From positions 1 through 57,540 of the forward strand of contig DQXI01000214.1 in assembly GCA_011042305.1 (NCBI GenBank): DNA of 57,540 nt, given 5' to 3'. The stretch's first letter is position 1. Each line of letters starts with the position of its first letter. The position numbers and the translations under genes are program-made. Source of the DNA: Desulfobacteraceae bacterium. Lineage in GTDB: Bacteria > Desulfobacterota > Desulfobacteria > Desulfobacterales > UBA2174. Positions 50,730 to 57,540 of this stretch are shown here, piece after piece. Below the pieces are notes generated by a model that did not search any database, was not told the origin of the DNA, and saw only the letters and a program-made list of their open reading frames with translations.

Positions 50730-52298
50730 TCATTTCAGGTCGATACGCTTTTTGTGTGGGCGGCCGAAGGCGATCCCGAGCTTGCGCATGCGCCCCCTCA
50801 GGGTGCTCGGATGCAGCCCGAGCAGTTCGGCGGCGCCGTTCTTGCCCTCCACCCGCCCCCCGGTTTTGTCCAGCACCCGGCGGATATGGGCCGCCATCAC
50901 AGCATCCAGGCTTTCCACCGGACCGCCCGCCTTGCCAGGGCGGCCGCTGTCAGCGCCCGCCGGCCCGGCGGGCAGGTCGTCGAAGGTCAGCAGTCCGTCG
51001 CGCCCGGCGAACTGGCTCTGGAGAAGGGCCCGTTCCACCAGGTTTTCCAGCTCGCGCACGTTTCCCGGCCAGTGGTAGGCCTGCAGGCGCTCCAGGGCGC
51101 CGGGGGCCAGCGACGGCATGGTGCCGATTTTGAGCTCGCGCGATTTGCGCTCGATGAAATGGCGCACCAGGGCCGGGATGTCGTCAATGCGCCGGCGCAG
51201 GGGCGGAATCGTGATGGGCAGAACGTTGAGCCGGAACCAGAGGTCCTCCCGGAAGGCACCCGACTGCACCAAGGATTCCAGGTTGCGGTGGGTGGCGCTG
51301 ACGATGCGCACGTCCACCGGCACCGGCGCGGTGCCGCCGACCCGTTCGATGACCTGCTGCTGGACCACCCGCAGCAGGCGCACCTGGGCCTGGGGGGGCA
51401 GCTCCCCGATTTCGTCGAGAAAGATGGTTCCGCTGTGGGCCCGCTCGAAGCGTCCCCGCTTGCGGGCGATGGCACCGGTGAAGGCGCCTTTCTCGTGACC
51501 GAACAACTCGCTGTCGATGAGCGCTTCGGGGATGGCGCCGCAGTTGACCGCGATGTAGGGGTTGCCTCTGCGCGGGGAGGAGAAATGGAGCGCGTTAGCG
51601 ATGAGTTCCTTGCCCACCCCGGTCTCCCCCATCAGCAGCACCGGGCTGTTGAGCGGCGCCACCTGGCGCACCATCTCCATCACCTCGCGCAAGCCGAAAT
51701 CGGCGCCGATGATGGTGTCGCCGGTCATCTGGCTCATCTGCCGGTGCAGGTAGCGGTTGTCGTCGGCCAGCATATCCTTGAGCCGCAAGATTTCCTCGTG
51801 CTGGAGCATGTTGGAGATGGCCACGGCGATGGGTTCGTGCAGCAGCGAAAGCCAGCGGGCGTGCTCCGGCCGGTAGCGGTACCGGCCGGGGGCGAAGAGA
51901 ATGAAACGCCCCAGGCGCCGGGCCTCCAGCTCCAGGTCCATCGAAAGCACCGACGTGTCGGGGGGCCACAGGACGGCGAAAAGCTGCCGGGATTCGGGCG
52001 GCTCCAGCGCGACGTCGTTGACCATGCGCACCTGGGCGTCCTCCTCCCAGTTTTTCCTGAGAAAATCCCGGAACTCCCTCGGCGGTGAGAGAAAATCCCC
52101 CGGCTTGGGCAGGTCGTCCGGCCAGATGTAGGCCAGCATGCGCCCCAGGTGCAGGTCGGGATCGTAGAGGGCGAAAAACATGCCCGAGATGGGAATAAAA
52201 TCCTTGATGTAGTCAAAAAAATACCGCATCGCCGTGTCGATGTTCAAACTGCTGGAAATGCGCAGGGTCGCCTGCCGGAAAAATTCGTTTTCGTCCAA
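50730..52298 (-). CDS. sigma54-dependent transcriptional activator with an N-terminal GAF-like sensor domain
   Basis: AAA+ core GETGVGKELIANALH and the GAFTGA loop (EKGAFTGA), with a C-terminal Fis-type HTH (AAELLGLHPSTLRGRMRKLGI). Confidence 0.93.
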   Translation of the reverse strand: MDENEFFRQATLRISSSLNIDTAMRYFFDYIKDFIPISGMFFALYDPDLHLGRMLAYIWPDDLPKPGDFLSPPREFRDFLRKNWEEDAQVRMVNDVALEPPESRQLFAVLWPPDTSVLSMDLELEARRLGRFILFAPGRYRYRPEHARWLSLLHEPIAVAISNMLQHEEILRLKDMLADDNRYLHRQMSQMTGDTIIGADFGLREVMEMVRQVAPLNSPVLLMGETGVGKELIANALHFSSPRRGNPYIAVNCGAIPEALIDSELFGHEKGAFTGAIARKRGRFERAHSGTIFLDEIGELPPQAQVRLLRVVQQQVIERVGGTAPVPVDVRIVSATHRNLESLVQSGAFREDLWFRLNVLPITIPPLRRRIDDIPALVRHFIERKSRELKIGTMPSLAPGALERLQAYHWPGNVRELENLVERALLQSQFAGRDGLLTFDDLPAGPAGADSGRPGKAGGPVESLDAVMAAHIRRVLDKTGGRVEGKNGAAELLGLHPSTLRGRMRKLGIAFGRPHKKRIDLK

Positions 52299-52466
52299 AA
52301 CAGGTTCCTCGGCAATACCGGCTGCAAGTCCCGGCGTGGGAAAGGGGATTTTATGATCGTCACAGAACTATCATATTTAACAGAAACTGTCGCCAAAAAC
52401 CTCCCCTGGTCATCCCGATCTGCCGGATCCGCCGGGCCGGCCTGATCCATCGAGCCCCCAGGAGAA

Positions 52467-52482
52467 CTGTCAAATATGACAG
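52467..52482. promoter_or_regulatory. candidate enhancer (UAS) palindrome for the sigma54 activator
   Basis: CTGTCA-AATA-TGACAG is a perfect inverted repeat 73 nt upstream of the -24 GG. An AT-rich tract lies between it and the promoter. Confidence 0.35.
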
Positions 52483-52554
52483 CATAAATCTTCCAGATAA
52501 AACAGATATTTTCAACGCATATCATAACCAACCGAAATAAAAACACTAAATTTT

Positions 52555-52570
52555 CGGCACGATTTCTGCT
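52555..52570 (+). promoter_or_regulatory. sigma54 (-24/-12) promoter
   Basis: CGGCACGATTTCTGCT versus consensus TGGCACG-N4-TTGCW. GG is at 52556-52557 and GC at 52568-52569, exactly 10 nt apart, 51 nt upstream of ATG 52621. Confidence 0.6.
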
Positions 52571-52620
52571 TTTTTCCAGAAACCATCTTATCCGGCGAAA
52601 TTCAACCCCGGAGTCATCTC

Positions 52621-52932
52621 ATGGACTGGATTGAACTGATACATCTACGCACCGCATCCGATGCCGATCGGGATGCGGCCTTGGCCGCCTTCGAGCAGCT
52701 CTCCTGGGCTGACCGGGAAAGCGATCTGAAGGAAATCAAGCTGCTGCGAAACTGCGCCCTCACGTTGGATCTGAGCCTGCTGATCGTCTGGCGCAGCCGG
52801 GTCTGTCCCAACGCCAAGAGCCCGCTGGGACTTCGCCTGGCGGCGGCGTTTTCGGACTTCGGCCAGATCAACCATTCCGTCTGGGACTGCGCGTCCAGCG
52901 TCGATGTCACGAGACAGGAGTCGACCCCATGA
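52621..52932 (+). CDS. hypothetical 103-aa protein, first gene of the RND efflux operon
   Basis: GGAG lies 7 nt upstream of the ATG, and there is an ATGA overlap with the adaptor gene. There is no signal peptide or TM segment, and I recognise no family. Confidence 0.5.
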   Translation: MDWIELIHLRTASDADRDAALAAFEQLSWADRESDLKEIKLLRNCALTLDLSLLIVWRSRVCPNAKSPLGLRLAAAFSDFGQINHSVWDCASSVDVTRQESTP

Positions 52933-54143
52933 AAAGAAAATTGACCGGCACAAATCCGATACCCGGTATTGCCACGCTCCTAATCGCCGGCTTGCTGCTG
53001 TGCGGCGGCTGCCAGGAGCAAAAGGGACAGACCGCCCCGCCGAGGCGAACGCCCGAGGTGGCCACGGTAACGGTCTCCCCGCAGAGAGTTGAGCTGACCA
53101 CCGAGCTGCCGGGCCGCACCTCGGCCTTCCGCATCGCCGAAATCCGGCCCCAGGTCAACGGCCTGATCCTCAAGCGGCTCTTCGAGGAAGGCGCGGACGT
53201 CAAAGAGGGGCAGCTTCTCTACCGCATCGATCCGGTCCCCTTCCAGGTGGCCCTTAATTCGGCCCAAGCCTCCCTTGGCAAGGCCCGGGCCAACCTGCCG
53301 GCGATTCAATCCCGGGCCGCGCGCTACCACGAGTTACTGGCGGACAGGGCCGTCAGCCAGCAGGACTACGATGATGCCGCCGCCGCCGTCGAGCAGGTCA
53401 AGGCCGAGATCGAATACTGGAAAGCCCAGGTTGAAGCCGCCCGCATCAACCTGAACTACACCCGCGTTGTCGCTCCCTTTGACGGGCGCATCGGCCGCAG
53501 CCACGTCCGCGAGGGAACCCTGGTAACCGCTTACCAGCCCCAGTCTTTGGCCACCTTGCAGCAGATCGACCCCATCTACGTGGACGTGGTGCAGTCATCG
53601 GCCGAGTTGCTGCGCCTCAGGCGCCGGATTGAGGCTGGCCGCCTCAGCCCGGACGGCCAGGACCGCAACAAGGTCCGCATTCTCCTGGAAGACGGGACGC
53701 CTTACGAGCTGCCGGGCAGGTTGCAGTTCGCCGACGTGACGGTGGACCCGGCCACCGGCTCCTACTCCCTGCGCATCGTGGTGCCCAACCCGGATCACGT
53801 CCTGCTGCCGGGCATGTACGTGCGCGCCTTGGTCCAGGAGGGCGTCTCCGAAAAGGCCATTCTCGTCACCCAGCAGGGAGTGAGCCGCAACACCAAGGGC
53901 GAACCCGTCGCCCTGGTTGTAGATGAATCCGGCACTGTCCAGCCGCGCCTGCTGGTCCTGGATCGGGCCATCGGCAACCAGTGGCTGGTGGCCTCGGGCC
54001 TGGCGCCCGGAGACCGGGTCATCGTCGAAGGAATGCTCAATATTCGGCCCGGGATGACGGTAAACGCCGTCGACTTCGAAGCCGGACGGAATTCCGCAAC
54101 CGTTTCCCGAACCGGCGGCACGGCCGCGGCGCCGAAGCAGTAA
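52929..54143 (+). CDS. RND efflux periplasmic adaptor subunit (membrane fusion protein)
   Basis: Lipobox LLLCGGC and AcrA/MexA-like blocks (EIRPQVNGLI, YRIDP, YTRVVAPFDGRIG). Confidence 0.93.
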   Translation: MKRKLTGTNPIPGIATLLIAGLLLCGGCQEQKGQTAPPRRTPEVATVTVSPQRVELTTELPGRTSAFRIAEIRPQVNGLILKRLFEEGADVKEGQLLYRIDPVPFQVALNSAQASLGKARANLPAIQSRAARYHELLADRAVSQQDYDDAAAAVEQVKAEIEYWKAQVEAARINLNYTRVVAPFDGRIGRSHVREGTLVTAYQPQSLATLQQIDPIYVDVVQSSAELLRLRRRIEAGRLSPDGQDRNKVRILLEDGTPYELPGRLQFADVTVDPATGSYSLRIVVPNPDHVLLPGMYVRALVQEGVSEKAILVTQQGVSRNTKGEPVALVVDESGTVQPRLLVLDRAIGNQWLVASGLAPGDRVIVEGMLNIRPGMTVNAVDFEAGRNSATVSRTGGTAAAPKQ

Positions 54144-54155
54144 CGGAGGCTTGCC

Positions 54156-57100
54156 ATGCTGTCGAAATTCTTCCTGGACCGCCCGGTTTTCGCCTGGGTC
54201 ATCGCCATCATCATGATGCTGGCCGGCGGCCTGGCGATCTACAACATGCCCATCTCCCAGTACCCGCCCATCGCCCCGCCGTCGATTGCCATCGACGCCT
54301 ACTATCCCGGCGCCTCGGCGGAGACGGTGGAAAACAGCGTCATCCAGATCATCGAGCAAAAGATGACCGGCTTCGACCGGCTGCTCTACATGACCGCCAC
54401 CAGCGACGGCTCCGGCGCCGGCCGCATCGAGCTGACCTTCGCCCCCGGCACGGACCCGGATTTTGCCTGGTCCCAGGTGCAAAACAAGCTCCAGCTCGCC
54501 ATGGCCAGCCTGCCGGACGTCATCCAGCGCCAGGGCGTCAAGGTGAGCAAGTCGACCCGCAACTGGCTGATCATCGTGGGGTTAATCTCCGAGGACGGCA
54601 GCCTGAGCGGCACGGACCTGCGCGACTATGCCCAGAGCAACATCGAGAAAGTGCTGGCCCGGGTCCCGGGGGTGGGAGAGGTGGAAAGCTTCGGCGGCCA
54701 GTACGCCATGCGCGTGTGGCTGGACCCGGACAAGCTCACCGACTACCGGCTGACCATCGAGGATGTCATCGCCGCCCTGCGGGCCTACAACGTGGAAATC
54801 TCCGCCGGCCAGTTCGGCGGAGCGCCGGCGGTGAAGGGCCAGCGGCTCAACGCCTCGATCATCGTCCAGAACCTGCTCCAGACGCCGGAAGAGTTCGCCG
54901 CCATCCCCTTGCGCATCAACAGCGACGGCTCGGTAGTGCGCGTCAGCGATGTGGGCCGCACCGAGCTGGGCACCGAGCGCTACGACGTGGAAGCGCTCTT
55001 CAACGGCAAGTCGTGCGCCGCCCTGGCGGTGCGGCAGGCCGCCGGGGCCAATGCCCTGGACACCGCCGACGCCGTGCGGGCCAAGATGAAAGAATTGTCG
55101 GAGTACTTTCCGCCCGGGGTCAAGGTGATCTACCCCTACGATACCACCCCCTTCATCAAGGTGGCCATCGACGAGGTGGTCAAGACCTTGTTCGAGGCCA
55201 TTTTCCTTGTCTTCCTGGTGATGTTCCTCTTCCTGGGGAACATCCGCGCCACCTTGATTCCCACCCTGGCGGTGCCGGTGGTAATCCTGGGCACCTTCGC
55301 CGTGCTGGGTTTTTTCGGCTACTCCATCAACATGCTCACCATGTTCGCCATGGTCTTGGCCATCGGTTTGCTGGTGGACGACGCTATCGTGGTGGTGGAA
55401 AACGTGGAACGGATCATTCACGAAGAGAAGCTGCCGCCCAAGGAGGCCACCGCCAAGTCCATGAAACAGATCACCAGCGCCCTGGTGGGCATCGGTCTGG
55501 TGCTGGCGGCGGTCTTCGGTCCCATGGCTTTCTTCGGCGGGTCCACCGGGGTGATCTACCGGCAGTTTTCCGTCACCGTGATCTCGGCCATGCTGCTGTC
55601 GGTGGTGGTGGCATTGATTCTCACCCCGGTGCTCTGCGCCTCGCTGTTGCGGTCTTTCGACGACCGCGTGGACGCCAAGCGGCGCGACGTGCCCCTGCTG
55701 CGGCCGATCGTGTACGCCTCCAACCGCTTTTTTCTCGCCTTCAACCGCAGCTTCAACTGGCTGCGGAGCAAGTACGCCGGCGCGGTGGGCAAGATCCTGG
55801 GGCGCCGTCTGCGCTACCTGATCATCTATGTGCTCATCGTGGCGGCCCTCGGCTACCTGTTCCAGCGCATGCCCACCGCCTACCTGCCCAACGAAGACCA
55901 GGGGTCCATGTTCATCCAGGCGCAGCTTCCCTCCGGCTCGACCCTGGAGCAGACCCAGGCGGTGTTGGACGAGGTCCGCGCTTACTTTGAAGAAGAGGAA
56001 AAGGAGGCGGTGGCGTCGGTCCTCACGCTGGCCGGCCGGGGCTTCGGCGGCAGCGGCCAGAACACGGGCCTGGGTTTCGTCCGGCTCAAAGACTGGGAGC
56101 TGCGCGACCGGCCGGACCTGAAGGTGTGGGCCGTGGCCAACCGCGCCATGGCCCGCTTTGCCAGGATCCGCAATGCCCGGGTCTTCGCCTTCGCCCCGCC
56201 GGCGGTCACGGAGCTGGGCACCTCGGCGGGGTTCGACTTCCAGTTGCAGGACCGCGGCGGCATCGGCCACCAGAAGCTGATGGAAGCCCGCAACCAACTG
56301 CTGGGCATGGCCGCCGCCGATGATCGGCTCACCCGGGTGCGGCCCAACGGGATGGAGGACGTGGCCCAGTACCGTATCGACGTGGACTGGGAGCGGGCCG
56401 GCGCCCTGGGGGTGCCGATCAATTCGATCCACAACACCATCTCGGCCGCCTTCGGCGGCGCCTACGTCAACGACTTCATCCAGGGCGGTCGGGTCAAACG
56501 CGTCTATGTCCAGGCGGACGCCCCCCACCGCATGCTGCCCACGGACCTGGAAAATCTCTACGTGCGCAACAGCCAGGGAACCATGACCCCGTTTACCGCC
56601 TTCGCTTCGGGCTACTGGGACTACGGTTCGCCGCGGCTGGAACGCTTCAACGCCTTTCCGTCGATGAACATCCTCGGCGAGGCGTCGCAGGGCCGCAGCA
56701 CCGGCGAAGCCATGGCCGCCATGGAAGAGATCGTCGCCAAGCTGCCCGAGGGGGTCAGCTTCGACTGGAGCGGCATCTCCTACCAGGAGCGCATGGCCAA
56801 GCGCCAAACGGGGCTGCTCTACGCCTTTTCCATGATCGTGATCTTTTTGTGCCTGGCGGCCTTGTATGAAAGCTGGACCGTGCCCATCTCCGTCATGCTG
56901 GCCCTGCCTTTGGGGGTCATCGGCGGGGTGGCCGCCTCGATGCTGCGCAGTTTCCCCAACGACGTTTACTTTCAGATCGGTCTGCTCACCGTGCTGGGGC
57001 TGACCACCAAGAACGCCATCCTCATCGTCCAGTTCGCCATGGGCCAAGTCAAGGAGGGCAAGGGGCTCGTGGAGGCGACCCTCGAAGGGGCCAGGCTGCG

Positions 57101-57311
57101 GCTGCGGCCCATCGTGATGACCTCGCTGGCTTTCGGCTTCGGCGTTTTGCCCCTGGCCCTGGCCTCCGGCGCCGGTGCCGGTGCCCAGACCGCCATCGGT
57201 ACCGGCGTTTTGGGGGGCATGGTGACCTCGACCTTCCTGGCGATTTTCTTCATCCCGCTCTTTTACGTCGTGGTGGTGCAGGTGTTCGGGCGCCAAAAGG
57301 CCGACGGATGA
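54156..57311 (+). CDS. RND multidrug efflux permease (HAE1, AcrB/MexB-like)
   Basis: 1051 aa, MLSKFFLDRPVFAWVIAIIMMLAG start, and GLLVDDAIVVVENVER proton-relay region. Confidence 0.96.
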   Translation: MLSKFFLDRPVFAWVIAIIMMLAGGLAIYNMPISQYPPIAPPSIAIDAYYPGASAETVENSVIQIIEQKMTGFDRLLYMTATSDGSGAGRIELTFAPGTDPDFAWSQVQNKLQLAMASLPDVIQRQGVKVSKSTRNWLIIVGLISEDGSLSGTDLRDYAQSNIEKVLARVPGVGEVESFGGQYAMRVWLDPDKLTDYRLTIEDVIAALRAYNVEISAGQFGGAPAVKGQRLNASIIVQNLLQTPEEFAAIPLRINSDGSVVRVSDVGRTELGTERYDVEALFNGKSCAALAVRQAAGANALDTADAVRAKMKELSEYFPPGVKVIYPYDTTPFIKVAIDEVVKTLFEAIFLVFLVMFLFLGNIRATLIPTLAVPVVILGTFAVLGFFGYSINMLTMFAMVLAIGLLVDDAIVVVENVERIIHEEKLPPKEATAKSMKQITSALVGIGLVLAAVFGPMAFFGGSTGVIYRQFSVTVISAMLLSVVVALILTPVLCASLLRSFDDRVDAKRRDVPLLRPIVYASNRFFLAFNRSFNWLRSKYAGAVGKILGRRLRYLIIYVLIVAALGYLFQRMPTAYLPNEDQGSMFIQAQLPSGSTLEQTQAVLDEVRAYFEEEEKEAVASVLTLAGRGFGGSGQNTGLGFVRLKDWELRDRPDLKVWAVANRAMARFARIRNARVFAFAPPAVTELGTSAGFDFQLQDRGGIGHQKLMEARNQLLGMAAADDRLTRVRPNGMEDVAQYRIDVDWERAGALGVPINSIHNTISAAFGGAYVNDFIQGGRVKRVYVQADAPHRMLPTDLENLYVRNSQGTMTPFTAFASGYWDYGSPRLERFNAFPSMNILGEASQGRSTGEAMAAMEEIVAKLPEGVSFDWSGISYQERMAKRQTGLLYAFSMIVIFLCLAALYESWTVPISVMLALPLGVIGGVAASMLRSFPNDVYFQIGLLTVLGLTTKNAILIVQFAMGQVKEGKGLVEATLEGARLRLRPIVMTSLAFGFGVLPLALASGAGAGAQTAIGTGVLGGMVTSTFLAIFFIPLFYVVVVQVFGRQKADG

Positions 57312-57329
57312 ACGCGAAGGAACATTGAC

Positions 57330-57540
57330 ATGATACGAAAAACACTATTCTGCGGCGTTGTCGCCGTCCTGCTGTGCGCCGGGTGCACCATGGCGCCGGA
57401 GTACAGCCGCCCCGAAGCGCCGGTGCCCGAGCAGTGGCCCCAGGGCCCGGCCTACGACAGGGGGACAGCGCCCGGGGAAACGCAGGCGGCCGCCGATCTG
57501 CCCTGGCGCCGATTTTTCACCGACCCTCGTCTCCAGGCCG
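57330..57540 (+). CDS. efflux outer-membrane factor lipoprotein (NodT/OprM family), N-terminal part (runs off the right edge)
   Basis: MIRKTLFCGVVAVLLCAGCTMAPEYSRPEAPVP is a lipobox plus the typical OMF start, followed by WRRFFTDPRL. Confidence 0.85.
   Translation, partial: MIRKTLFCGVVAVLLCAGCTMAPEYSRPEAPVPEQWPQGPAYDRGTAPGETQAAADLPWRRFFTDPRLQA

Overview
This is 57.5 kb of a high-GC bacterial chromosome. Hand-counted 60-nt samples give about 67-73% GC in core genes. The gene content fits an anaerobic Desulfobacterota (deltaproteobacterium)-like organism: selA, indolepyruvate:ferredoxin oxidoreductase plus phenylacetate-CoA ligase, a cobA-hemD fusion, a GAF/sigma54 activator, and TRAP and RND transporters. 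There are about 50 protein genes, mostly housekeeping (thrS, rnd, glnS, uppP, pyrF, rfbB, selA, gmhA, hemC, moaA, polA). They are densely packed, with many 4-nt ATGA/GTGA/TTGA start-stop overlaps. I recognised no rRNA, tRNA, CRISPR array, transposase or integrase. The most noteworthy observations are: (1) A peroxiredoxin gene has an in-frame TGA at its peroxidatic Cys codon, followed by a SECIS-like hairpin. It is a selenoprotein that the ORF track splits into two ORFs. (2) A ~7.8 kb lower-GC (about 52-57%) cargo segment lies between polA and a convergent sigma54 activator. It carries an OpuC-type osmoprotectant ABC transporter plus MerR, an acyl-CoA ligase and an acyl-CoA dehydrogenase. It is bracketed by a 24/25-nt direct repeat and has no recombinase. 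(3) A near-consensus -24/-12 promoter and a palindromic upstream site lie between the GAF-sigma54 activator and an RND efflux operon that opens with an uncharacterised 103-aa ORF. (4) A trio of glpD, an alkyl-DHAP-synthase-like flavoprotein and an FGGY kinase. (5) Several odd small or fused genes: a ParB-N plus AsnC-ligand-domain fusion, a Cys-rich 75-aa protein, and an HNH nuclease next to hairpin repeats. There is also a 470-bp convergent spacer with a strong minus-strand terminator that may hide an sRNA or a long 3' UTR. All homology calls come from motif recognition by eye, not from database searches.
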